DNA of 64,000 nt from Trichinella spiralis (taxonomy: Eukaryota), in NCBI RefSeq assembly GCF_000181795.1, contig NW_003526941.1:7822120-7886119 (forward strand), read 5' to 3'. The position numbers and the translations under genes are program-made. The notes under the pieces were generated by a model. That model was given only the letters and a program-made list of their open reading frames with translations. It had not been told where the DNA came from and did not search any database. This document shows, piece by piece, positions 36,065 through 48,830 of this stretch (positions within the stretch are counted from its first letter, which is position 1; the number at the start of each line of letters is the position of its first letter).

Positions 36065-38883
36065 AGGAAATGAGAAATGTTTGCATTTGTTTTGCAGCTC
36101 ATTGAGATGTTCTCATCCAAAAATGAGTTTAGTTTTTTTGAAAAAAAGTATAGTTTGAATGTATTTTTAAAAAATTTTACCGTCCCAATTGTATGAGGCT
36201 TTCTTGTGCAAGATGAACCCATCGTGAATACACAGAACACGATTGGTATATTAAGATATAGTTATAAAAAATATATGTATATATATATTTATTTGTGAGA
36301 TATATAATAAGATATAATAATGATCCATCCGTTTGCTTGTTATTTAATTGTTCTGCTTCAACGACGTTTGTTGGGGCTTGTTGTCGTGTGTAATGTTCAG
36401 AAATAAGCTGAAAGCAAAACTATTAATTTGGTGATTTAACAGATTGATTTGAACGTGATCAGCAATTTTCACCGAGTGAAATAAATACAAATGCCTGAGT
36501 AGTTAGTGTAAACCTGCAAGCTTGACTTGGTGGAAGTTCACAAAGAAGGCTGGCTGGCTAACTGACAAATCATCGTTGAACTGGGCTGGACCCATATGAC
36601 AGTATTTTCATCAGTTGACCGTCTTGAAGTGTTTGGCAATACGCTTATTGCTTGCTGTTGAAGCATGTGTTTGTTGACTTTGTTTACGCCAAATCAGCGT
36701 CCCGTTTGCCACATAAGTTGAGATTCCAAAAGTTGAGATGGATGATTCAGTGATGAAAAAATTTCACAGCAATCCAACCAACCAACAACCACACAGTCAG
36801 TCGGTTATTAACTAGTTATATCGTTGAAAAGTGATTTTTTTTCTTGAGCTGTTTTGTTTACAATAGTCGCATTTGTTGCGTAATAAAAGTGCAAGCGTTT
36901 TGCTTGGAGCAAACCAGACACACGCACGCGGAGATGTTCTCCTGCAGAGAAGAATTTATTTGACTTTTCGTTGCTTTACCTCAAGACCATTCCATGGTCG
37001 AGGTTCTTTTCCTGATTTTGAACAGAATTGGGCACAGGCAAGTGATTTTATTCTACGAAATTGCATAATTTTCACATGCTTTCTACATATGCATATTTGC
37101 ACGTACATATATTGTCCTCTATGCAAATGTATTTGAAAAACAAATGCAATCAAATTTCATCTAGCTTTGTTTGAAATTGACAAATTTATCTACAATGTAA
37201 TCGCATCACTTTTCCGCCAATCATGAATTTGATCTTTCAGCGTAAATTCTCCAGTCTATACGCTTCACATGTAATTGGAAGTGATTTTCTTTTAAGTAGG
37301 AACGGTGCTAATTACTGGATGCTTGCTTCAACGTACAAACATTTAAAAAATTTATCCATTTCTTCTCTTTTACGAATTATTAAATTCAATTTATTTTCGT
37401 CTATATTGTCAATCGTTTGCATTGTGCAATTGATTGCAACTTTTTTTTACCAACGAAGAAAACGAGATCCATTTTATATACAGTGATTTAATTTTTGTTC
37501 GACTAATTACTTTTGTATTTAATTTTCATAAAAAAGAAATCTTCTTCAGCAGAAATTTGGATAAACAATTATGTTCAATATGTTCATCAAAACAGATCAA
37601 ACAGTCAGTCAGTTGTTTCAGCATCAAGTGATTTTTGTTACATTAATTTTTTTTACAATGATAATAATTTATGCTTATCATTATCGAATAATTTTTCTCA
37701 TTTCCGATTTGTGTGTGCTACACCGTCAATGAAGTTGAACACTTTATTTTAACTAAATAGAAATAGTAGTTATATAGGAGAGATAGTGGTCAGTTAATGA
37801 TGAATGAAACTGTTGATCAATTTTCCAATTTTACTATGCAAATTTAAGAAAGATGCACATATTTCTTTGGTAATTAGTTGAAAATTTTCCAGTCGGGGTG
37901 GGATTTTCATGCATCAGTAAGCATTTGGACGCGATCCGTTGCACAGAAATGTCCACAACGAGTGGAAGCTTTTCCTCTGTTGAACGGCTGGTCAGTGTTG
38001 CAGTGCTGCTCACTACCTTTTATCGAATAATTGCTTGTTCACTTGATGAGCAAAATATTTACGTTTCAATTCATCCTCTTCTCATTGTTTATTTGGCTAG
38101 TCGGTCAAATCACATCGTTGGCTACTGCAATTACAGAGTACTTGAGTTACGAACATTAATTTTCGACAGTGAAATTAAAATGCACATTTCTTGACAAGGA
38201 AGTGATTTTTTTTAATATTATTTTAATAAATATAACAACACCACGCAATGCAGGGAGAGGAGTACTGATGAAATATTGCGATATTTCATTCTGATTTTTG
38301 TCGTCCACTTTCTTTCTCTCCGTCGCTGTACAGTACAGCAGATACAGAATGATTAGGATGTTTTTTTGCTTCAAAACGAGCAGAAGCTGAAAAGTAACTT
38401 TCCAATCAACAAATCAACTTGACAAAAACAGATATTTAGCCAGCCGATCAAAAGCAAATTGCTTCTTCGCATTTGCGTTCCGTTGAGGTTGACGATCCTC
38501 TTGGGATGTAGAAATAGTTAATGACATGCTAAATTGGAGAATGAGCTGAGATTGCAATCCGACCACTGAAAACAAGCAGTCGAGTTTATTTCTGTGGCGC
38601 TTAATTGAATTGTGCAAAGTTGTGCTTGAGAGCGGTTTTCAATGAGTTTTGAGTTCGTTGAAAGGGGGAAAGAAAAAGAGGAGAAAAAATCGCACGTTGC
38701 ATGTTTTCAATGTTTGAACTGGTGGTGAGCGTTTGTCAAATTGTAGAAAATTACACCGGAAACGAGCCTAGCGTCGTATCCGCTTTTCCGGCCACGTCGT
38801 TGAGCCTCGCATCCGGCCGCAGGCTTTGCGAGAAGCTTAAAAGAAGCTTCGGCCGAGCTGGCCGTCGTATAGTCTGCCGAACG

Positions 38884-40210
38884 ATGTCCTCTAGGAACGC
38901 CAGTCTTCTACATCCGACGTCGTCTCCACTTGAAGCGAACACATCTGGCGGAGAAGTGGCGCTCACTGCAGACGAGTCCGCGGTCGCGGTGGTCGTCTAC
39001 ACGCTGATTACAGTTGTGGCGGTGATCGGCAACGCGACGGTCATTTTCATCATTGGCCACTTTCCACGCCTACGCACTCCGACCAACGCCCTGATTGCCA
39101 ATTTGGCGTTGGCCGACTTGTTGATGGCTTTGTTGTGCATACCGTTCAGCTTTGTCTCCACCTTGATATTACAATATTGGCCTTTTGGCTGGTTTTTGTG
39201 CAAAGTGATCAATTTCAGCCAAGCGGTGACGGTGATGGCCAGTGCGTATACGCTAATAGCGATCAGTTTGGATCGGTTTTTTGCAATTCTGCTTCCAATG
39301 AGTCCGAACGTGAAAATGACCAACCGCAAGGCGACCCTTTGTGTATTGGTTGTCTGGACCGTTGCAATTGTTATTGCGTTTCCATTGTTGATGGTGCTCA
39401 CGTTGGAGCCTTCCGAAACGGGCGACGTAACGCATTGTATTGAAAATTGGACTTGGACTGCCAACGAGACCACCGGCGAATATGAATACAGTCTGGCCGC
39501 AATGCTGTTACAATATTTTGTTCCTTTGTTGGTGCTGACCCTAACCTATGCAGGAATTGGTATGAAAATTTGGTTCACCCATGTGCCTGGTGAGGGTGGT
39601 TATGCCGGCCAGTGCAACAGAGAACGTAAAACTCTCGTCAAAAAGGTATGGGAAAGAAATTCTTTTTTTTTCTTTTTCTCTCTTTCGCTTGCTTCTTTAA
39701 TAATTAATAATTAATCCATCACCTATTCTGATGAAGTTTTATAATTGAATTGATTGACTAGGATTGGTTTTTGCCTTTTCTTTCAACTTTGCTTTTTGTT
39801 GAACAAAACAAATATGATAAATTAATTAATGATAATACAAATAATAAGCATTTACAATTTGTTTACATTGATTGAAAAGTAGTTAAATTTTTCATGACAA
39901 TTAAATAAAATCTGAAAAGCGTTTGAAATGTTAAAGAGTGAAAGTTTCTTTGAGCTTTTGCAACAACAATTCCAGTTTCTATGCTTATTGTGAAGCTTAA
40001 GTTGCGCAGCATTTAGATTTCAATTTTCACGAACCAGTTTTCTCAAATATTTGATTTATATGAACTTCACTTACAAACTGATTTTATAAACACAAATATT
40101 ATTTTTAAAAAAAATAATATTTATAAAATTAACCAAGTTGTTATTATTACAAATTATCAATAGCGCGCGTAAAATGACTACCACTGATGACGGATGACTG
40201 ATTTTTGCTT

Positions 40211-40250
<40 letters not shown>

Positions 40251-40696
40251 ACAACTTTTGCAAATTTGCAAACAATTGTACATAATTTCTAATTACGAAA
40301 TTCATTTTCACGCAGATGATTCCAACAATGTTCATCGTGACCGCCGTGTATACGTTCTGCTGGTTGCCAATCAACGTTTTCAACGTCGTACGCGCCCTTC
40401 ATCCGTCCGTTACGGACAGCACGTATGTGTTGCACATCTGGTGGGCGTGTCATACTATAGCCATGGTTCACTGTTTGGTCAACCCGATCATCTATATCTG
40501 CCGGAATAGGCGCTTTCGTGAAGGTTTCGCGTTCGTTTTCCAATGGGTGCCCGGCGTTCATTACGATCGATGTTCGCTGAGCATGTTCAGCACATCCGTG
40601 GCGCGCAGCAGCTTCCAAGCCAGCATCGTCAAACCACTGACCAACACCTCCTCAATATACGGCAAGCAGAAGTTGAATTCCAAACGTCGATGCTGA
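38884..40696 (+). CDS. Class A neuropeptide GPCR, RYamide/luqin receptor-like (tachykinin/NPY-related)
   Basis: Exons 38884-39645 and 40316-40696; an upstream in-frame ATG at 38701 is also possible. Seven TM segments with GN, LALAD, CIPFSFVSTLILQYWPFG, NFSQAVTVMASAYTLIAISLDRF, CWLP and NPIIY. The TM2-TM3 segment resembles insect RYamide receptors as recalled. Confidence 0.9.
40211..40250. repeat. (TAGA)n microsatellite in the GPCR intron
   Basis: Direct reading. Confidence 0.9.
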
Positions 40697-41027
40697 AAAT
40701 GAAGAATTATTAAAGTAAAAAGAAGAATAATTCTGCAATCTCTCCCCTTCACTTCAGCGTTAGCACTTCAGGCCTTGCTTCGTTTATTCTTCTCAAGTAA
40801 AGTTTTATCATTTTTGGTTTTCTTTTCAATTTTTATTCTCTCATAATTTTGAACATGAAAATGTTAAATACAAAACATAATATATCATAAACATCACACA
40901 CACACACATTCACATGCACAATTTGCACCAGTAATCATAATAACATTTCACGTCAGGGCTATATTATCATTATTATTACCAAATTGGAAACTGTGAAAAA
41001 ATAACTAATATTTAATACATTGCAATT

Positions 41028-41913
41028 CTATCGATAACAATTACGATAACGAACTAATATGGTGAGCAAAACAACAGATAAACCAAAAAATAAAAACTGT
41101 TTTGCAGGGAAGTTTTTAAAACGTCGACCAATCTTAGTATAGAATCGATCTGACGAACTTTCATCTTCTAGGCATTGAAGTTTCTTCAAAATAATTGAAT
41201 AATCATTCTTCATCTATAAAAATATTTCAAATAATTAACACTGTCATAATTTTAAATCATAGGAATGAAAATTACAAAATCATCAGCATCGTCATCAAAT
41301 TCTGAAAAAGTACTGTGATCCGAGACGTCAGAATCAGATGTGGAACTTTCAAAATGTTCACTTAATGCAGTCTAAACAAATCGTATATAGCATACCGTTT
41401 CAAAGTGTTCAACGATACTTGCAGTTAGAAAACGCTCTTCGGCATCTTTCTCTACGTGGAGTTCAAGTTGGTCACATTTTCGCAAAATCGAAACGGCAAA
41501 TTCGTGATCAACATTTGAAAAATCAAATTCATTAACATAAAAAGGTATATATATATATATATAATTTGAAATTGGCGTTGACAATTGAAAAACAATAATT
41601 AATATACTGATAAGATTTTATCACCAGGGGCCAAATTGCCAGCACGATCGGCGACGGAATCAGATATAATCTTAGACACATAAATTCCATTGTCATAAGG
41701 TAAATACGGTGCGTCTTTACCGCCCAGAATGTGAAACCCAAAATCTTAATTAAATTACACCAATAAAAGACATTCTCTGAATGAATAAACTGTGAATAAT
41801 ATAATGGAGCAAGCACAAAAATAATCTTGCTTCTCCTATATACCTTGTTGTTCTTCGCGTTTCAAAACTATTGTAATATCTTTTATTTTGTCTGCAGCGC
41901 AACATTCGGCCAT
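41028..41913 (-). CDS. SYNJ2BP: Synaptojanin-2-binding protein/OMP25 (PDZ domain plus C-terminal tail anchor)
   Basis: Exons 41913-41844, 41744-41608, 41536-41423 (or -41396), 41371-41276, 41213-41028. PDZ ITIVLKR...FGFHILGGKDAPYLPYDNGIYVSKI...GNLAPGDKILS|VNEFDFSNVDHEFAVSILR; C-terminal TM followed by RYR. Two splice junctions are atypical (see findings). Confidence 0.8.
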
Positions 41914-43122
41914 TCTTAAAAAAATATAATTATTTCAAAGCTACAGTAAAAATGTATTTTGAAGAAAATCATGTAATATAATTTGCACATTCTTTGAAGC
42001 GATCAATATCGAAAATTGTATTGATGAATAATAAAGTAAACCTGATGTGAAATGTATAAAATCTAAAAGCTAATAATTGCATTCGTAATAAAGCACTGAT
42101 ATTTTTCTATAGTGTAAAAAACGCAATTACAGTAATATATTTTTACCATAAGATTATACACAGCAAAATGCTTTTGTACTTTGAAATTCCTACAATTGAT
42201 TTAATCTATAATTAAAATCATAAAAACTACAAAAGTAAAAGTAATTTTACAAAAAAAATTCAAAATTGTATTCGAGGATAAAGAAATACTTTACATAGTT
42301 AGTGTAGTTGATAGTTGAATATAATTTATAAAGATAAACATCTGAATGAATAGAACGATTCAGTTTTCCTCTAGCTTTTTAGAATGATATTGTTGTCTTA
42401 AACCAGCTGCAGTAAAAATATAATGATTTAAATTTCGCAAACAGAAAATAAAATACCTTCATGTCATAATATAGAGAAAACGAAATATTAAAATTGATTG
42501 GTCGAATAATTTATTATTGAAATTAACGTACAAAGTATATATCTTTTTAAATCAGCACAAATTAATTTATGTAATTATTTATAATTGTTTCATAAATTAA
42601 AAAAAGCATTTCTTAATTGACACAAAATGTTTCCTTAACATTTGTTGAGGATTACCTGATCATTACTTAAAATATGTCAAATGTACCTTTGTTCATTAAC
42701 CAGATACGGTATTTCTTGTACGCTCATTTTTTCTACCGAAGACTTGCTATATGTAGTTGTTTCTGTTTTTGGCGATTTGACCAGATCGAATATTTTGTCT
42801 TATATTCTGCTTAAAAATAAAATGTTAACATTTGTTCTAGCATTTTATTTTTATCATTTGGTACGGATGTCTTTATTTATAAATATATGAATTATAGATG
42901 AATAACACATTTATTTCATAGTATTTATTAAATTATGCTCGATCAACTTATTTTTGTATTTTTAATTTTCATCTTGGATGTGAGTTTTAATCTAGCATAA
43001 ATTTGGATTGCTTTGATATAGTAATAGTTTCTGGTTTATGGTGATTTGATTCATTTAGATTCAGTTTCATATTATTTTATATACATTTTAATCTTTTCAG
43101 TGATTTTTTACCAGAAACAAGT

Positions 43123-46100
43123 ATGGAATCTTTGATTCCTGTGATCAACAAACTACAAGATGTTTTCAATACTGTTGGTTCGGAAACCATTCAGCTTCCT
43201 CAGATTGTAGTCATTGGTACTCAGGTTGGTATTTTTTATTGTTTTTTTTTCAAAAAATTATAAAATGATATTTAAAATAGAGTGCTGGAAAGAGTTCTGT
43301 AATTGAAAATATTGTCGGTCGAGATTTCTTGCCTCGAGGATGTGGAATTGTTACCCGAAGACCTCTGATTTTGCAGCTTATTCACATACCAGAAGCTGAA
43401 ATGGGTGATCCAGCGGAAACACTAGGTAGGTTTTGTCAGTTTTATTCGTTATGGAGATGTAATGTTACTCAGATAGTATTTTGTGACTACTGATTTTTAA
43501 CACCATTTTTTTAAATTCATACTATGTCCAAGATTGTCATGAAAATTGTTAGCTAAGATGGTTTGATATAATTTAAAAAGGCAATTAAATGTTCAAGAAA
43601 AATTATAGTCAACTGTCCATTGCAGAATAGAAAATTATGATTTAATTTGATTTTTATGCGTTGCAGTACCTGTTACTAAAGAATGGGTAAAATTTTTGCA
43701 TACTGGAGATCGAATTTTTGACAATTTTGAAGAAGTGCGTGAAGAGATTGAAAATGAGACAAATAGACTATCCGGCACGAAGAAAGTAACTTTTTTCCCC
43801 TATAATTTTACGTGCATAATAGAAATTTTTTTCCTCAGGGAATTCATCCTGAACCAATTAGCATGAAAATCTTTTCTCCAAACGTGGTGAACTTAACATT
43901 GGTAGACTTGCCCGGAATGACAAAGGTCCCGGTTGACGATCAACCACCAGACATTGAGCTGCGAATTCGGAAAATATCGCTTCGTTTTATTGAAAATCCA
44001 AATTCGATAATTTTGGCAATCACTCCTGCAAATCAGGACTTCTCCACTTCGGAGGCTTTACAATTGGCCCGACAAGTTGATCCAGACGGTTTGAATAATG
44101 AATTTTGTTTTTCATTTTGTATAGTTTTGATGTTGAAATGTTCAGGGAGGCGAACACTGGCTGTCATCACAAAGCTTGATCTTATGGATCATGGTACAGA
44201 TGCTGCCGACTTACTTTTGGGAAAAGTGATACCGGTAAAACTTGGTATTATTGGTGTTGTGAATCGCTCGCAGCAGGATATCGTCAACAAGAAGGTTTTC
44301 AACTTGCAATAGTGAACAGTTTTGTTTTCATTGAATCTGAAATTTCGTCTATTCAGAGTATTCGAGATTCACTGAAAGATGAAGCGACGTTTTTGCAAAG
44401 GCGTTATCCAACTTTAGCAAGTCAAAACGGATCGCCATTTTTAGCCAAAACACTGAATCGAGTGATAAATTTGTTTGATAAAATTGATTATCAGTTTTCT
44501 GTTATGTATTGTAATTTTGTAAATTGTAGTTGCTCATGCATCACATACGTGATTGCTTGCCAGAGTTGAAATCCAGGGTCAATATTCTTATGCTGAAGTA
44601 TCAGAATATGCTGTATACCTGTGGTGAGCAAGTCCAAGACCAAGTATTGAAACTTTATTTTAAAAGCACATTATAATCTGTTGCAATGCAGAAAATTCAT
44701 ATTTTTCGTTTTCCAGTCCCAGATGTTGCTGCGAATTTTGACTCGTTTTGCCAACTCGTACTGCGCCACTGTGGAAGGAAATGCAAAGAATATAGAGACT
44801 TCGGAATTGTGAGATGATAAAAGCAAAAAAATTCACTATTGTAATTCGATTTATTTTATTGGATGCATTTTTGAAGATGTGGGGGTGCGAGAATTTGTTA
44901 TATTTTTCACAATACGTTTGCCCGCGCTTTGGAAAATATCAATCCGCTCGATGGACTGAGTGAGAAGGAAATTTTAACGGCAATACGTAATGCAACGGTA
45001 TGTTGTATTTTCAGTTTATTGAACTGCTTTTGTTGTTGTTGCTCTTTAGCTGATTTAGTTTGGTATTTAAATTCTAGGGACCTAGACCAGCAATTTTTGT
45101 GCCAGAGGTTGCTTTTGAATTGTTAGTGAAAAGGCAGATTAAACGTCTTTTGCAACCAAGCTTGCGTTGCGTTGAGCTGGTTCACGAAGAATTGCAACGT
45201 ATTGTGGAATGCTGTGGTGACGATATTAGGCAGGAAATGATTCGTTTTCCGAAATTGAACGATATGATCATTGATGTTGTCAATACGCTGTTAAAATTGC
45301 GACTTCCGGTTACCAATGAGATGGTATTTTTTTCATTTCATTCTAAGGTGATGAGATGATTTGGTTGAATTCTGGCAAGCCGCTGTTTTCTCTCACTAGT
45401 TGAGGCATAAAATGCTCGCTCTATCAATAAAATCATCAGCTTCCTACCTGAATAAGGAAAGGAGCATTTTCGTATGGGCCAGTCACGTGGAAATTATTTT
45501 AAACCAATCAGTGGAAAAAATCTGTGGAAATCCACGGGTTTGCTTGAATTCAACTGAATTTTCTTGATAATGACAACGCTTTTCTGCTTCTCTTTGCATC
45601 TTTTCCATATGGAGTATTTCAGGTAGAGCATTTGGTGTCCATTGAGTTGGCTTACATCAATACTCGACATCCAGATTTTGCTTCCGCGTCGTTGATCTCG
45701 GTGCTTAAAGAGGTTAAAGGAGATGCAAGCTTTTCGCACTCTTATTGCAGTAGCGAGAATATTAAACTGTTAACTAGCACTTCTGCAACAACTGTAAACG
45801 TATGTTAATAATGTGTAATGTTCAAAGAACAATTTGCTTTTCTGAGGCAAATATTTTCTCAGATAAAAATACACGGCAAATTTGTGTAGTTATTCTGAAT
45901 GGTGACATTCTGTTCTTTTTTTTTCTTTTTAGGATAAAACTGGTGCTCAGAAGTCTGCTAAATTTTCATACAACGTTGTACGAGTTGAGGATTCGTCCGT
46001 TTACAACAGCAGTGGTGTACCTGGTAGATCAACGGATGACGAGTCGGTCGATCAATTCCAGCTCAGTGACAAAGAACAACATGACTGTTCAATGATTGGT

Positions 46101-46514
46101 ATTTTCACGCTTAATTTTGTCAACTCTCATTATTTTCAAAATTGTAATTATTATTACTGCAGGAAATTTGATTAAGTCTTACTTTATGATATCTCGCAAA
46201 ACTATTCAAGATTTCGTACCGAAAACGATCATGCACTTTTTGGTCAACTATATCAAAGTGTGTTCAACTTATGAACAATTAACTGCTTGAAGAAATGAAG
46301 CTAAGTTTGGAAAAAATAATGCAAATCATGTATTTTTCAGGATCATTTGCAAAGTGAACTAGTTAGAAAGGTGTATCGTCCAGAATTGTTTGATGATTTA
46401 CTGCATGAGTCCGAACAAATTGCTGCTAAAAGGAAAGAAACTGTTGAAATGCTGAATGCTCTTGAGAAAGCTAGCCGAGTTATTGCTGAAATTCGTGACG
46501 TTCACATATGGTAA
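43123..46514 (+). CDS. DNM1L: Dynamin-1-like protein (DRP1), multi-exon
   Basis: [63 protein letters not shown] and a GED ending IRDVHIW*; no PH or proline-rich domain. Confidence 0.96.
45348..45557 (+). ncRNA. Candidate structured intronic RNA (C/D-box-flanked) in a DRP1 intron
   Basis: GTGATGA at 45348-45354 and CTGA at 45554-45557 flank a closing stem (45364-45382 with ~45535-45554) and an internal stem (AAAATGCTC 45409-45417 / GAGCATTTT 45462-45470). Confidence 0.35.
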
Positions 46515-46600
46515 ATTGACGCTGTAATTTATTAAGTAAAGGTTACATAACGAATGAAGCTCTGAATAAAACTGCACTGAAAAGAATAAGAAAGGATATC

Positions 46601-46602
<2 letters not shown>

Positions 46603-46639
<37 letters not shown>
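46603..46639. repeat. (AT)n microsatellite between the convergent DRP1 and parvin stops
   Basis: Direct reading. Confidence 0.9.
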
Positions 46640-46642
<3 letters not shown>

Positions 46643-46749
46643 CGCCGCTGCTCCTGCAGCTCTGAACTGCTCCATAATCACAGTCGGGATTAAGCACAAC
46701 ACATTGATGCTGCTGGGATATTGGACTGTATTTCTACTGGAAAACTGTT

Positions 46750-48160
46750 TCACACGTGCTTGTATCTCGTGAAGAGAGAATACAAGATTCGAAGTGTACA
46801 TTTCATATCACCGTTGACAATATCTTCCGGTCTGGATTTGGGCTGCGGCATTCCAGCTTCTTGCATCAATTCGAAGCTCAATGCCACATTGTGGACCTTT
46901 TGGTCGAAATCAGTTGGAGTAAGGTGGAAACCGTACAATGGCACAAAGTAATTTTCCAACAAGCCCATCAATAGCACCAGAAATACACCATCTTGAAATT
47001 GATATTCCAGTTCAGTTACCTGACGACGAAGAAAGAAGAAAACAGAAAAAAAGTGTCATACAACTGTATACAAAAAGTCTGTGAAATGCATACTTCAAGG
47101 TTGACTTTGTTCAAGTGTTTGTTGGCAAAAGTAAGCAAAGAGCGTTTAACAACGCTAAGCTTGTCCGGTGCATGGTCGATTAGAGTGTCGAAAGCGTCTC
47201 TTTCACCGCGCAAGCCGAATTCATCTTGCACATCTGTTATTTCCTCAGTCACGTACCGAGTATGAAGTTGGCCGTCTCGTTTATGAGCAACTAACATCTG
47301 AACGAATAGTTCAAACTTTGAACAAACAAGCAAGAAAAGCGTACTTGAAGTTGGCAGTGTTCGGGAAATCGAATAGGCGCCCGAAAATGAATAGCAACAG
47401 CGACAAGCAGTTGCAGTATAGATGCTAAGTTTTTGTTGTGTATGCTTTCGGCAGACCAACGCGGCTGCTGCCAACGAGGCTGTGCGAATATTTGACTGCA
47501 ATACTGCAGAATAACTTGCAACTTCTGACGCTGGCCTTCCACGCTTTGAGATACTTCAGGCACTTCCATCTGAATATAGCGCACCGATTATAATAAGCAA
47601 GAATAAACAACTACACAACAGCATTTGATTCTGATTCATGGTTGATAACAGCAATGACGTTGTAAAGAAAATTAAATTTGTAAATTACCCTGACGTTGGC
47701 CAGTTTTTCAAGCAATTTCTGAATGACCAAACCGTCGTAAAGATCTTCCACAATGTCTTTGACGACAATGCGTTCCGAAGCGAGAATATCATTAATCCAA
47801 TCTATCAGCAATTTTACCACTTCGTTCACTTTTGGATCCATTCTACTCTGCTCTGTGATAATTGCCCGTTCTTCACCTTCGATAATATCATCGGCAGATA
47901 TTTCAATAGGAACAGGAATTCCTACAGTTATCATTTATAATATAAAATTATTTTAAAAAATATAATTTTCTGAATATACCACTTGAATCGATCGCATCGC
48001 GTCCTTCGATTTCCACTTGCAATGCTTCATCTTCTTCGTGTACTTTCTTTTTCGAACGACCGAGTGTGCCTATTTTATCTAAAAATGACTCATCTTTCTT
48101 TTCCTTTTCTCTTCGCCTAAGACTGCCCGATTTATTGGACTGAAGCGTGCTTGTCATCAT
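46750..48160 (-). CDS. PARV: Parvin (PAT-6-like), two CH domains, multi-exon
   Basis: ESFLDKIGTLGRSKK, LLIDWINDILASERIVVKDIVEDLYDG, ERDAFDTLIDHAPDKL, LLMGLLENYFVPL and DIVNGDMKCTLRILYSLFTRYK. Confidence 0.95.
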
Positions 48161-48830
48161 GAAAATTTTCCGCACTCGAGAGAACTTTTCACTGCTCTGA
48201 AGCAAACTACAGTATGAAGTAATTCTAATTTTACCTAACCATCATATAGTGTAACTTTCGTCTGTTTTTAATAATTATAAATTGGAAATTGAATTTAAAT
48301 TTGTACAAAACAATATTTTCATATATTATGGGGAATAAATGATTATATAAAATTATGAAAGGAAAGAAAATTGTAAATAATTTACAGTAATCTATATAAT
48401 AAAAAGATTGCATTATAACTCAAGAAAATGGAATTTTTGCTAATTAAATGGTAATTTTAAGTAAACATTTATCCACTGCCCAAAAAAGAAACATTTTCTT
48501 ATTAGTAAAATAAATTCACTGTTTGGACAACACTAATGCAGCATTTTATGTAATAAAAAGGACGAGCTCTGCTGGCTTATTTGTTAAATTGAGTTATAGT
48601 CATAAAGAGCACTTGGAAATATGCTTTGCTTTAACTTAACCATCACTTAACTACAGAAAAGAGATGCATTCTCAAAACAGGAAAATTAAAGCAGAATTAG
48701 CTCAAATATTTTGATACGTTGTATATAAACAATGTTTTTGCAAATGTAAGTTAACAATGATTTTATGTTTATTTTATCTCATAGTATTTTCATTAATTAT
48801 TGTTGAACACAATATGGTAGGAAGTTTCTT

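Noticed and set aside
45449..45460. TGAATAAGGAAA resembling the U12 snRNA branch-recognition region
   Set aside because: There is a mismatch in the key GTAAGGA motif and the flanking U12 5' sequence is absent.
45324..45621. Possibility that the structured DRP1 intron element is telomerase RNA, RNase P or RNase MRP RNA
   Set aside because: No telomeric template (CCTAA-type repeat) and no convincing P4 consensus motifs were seen.
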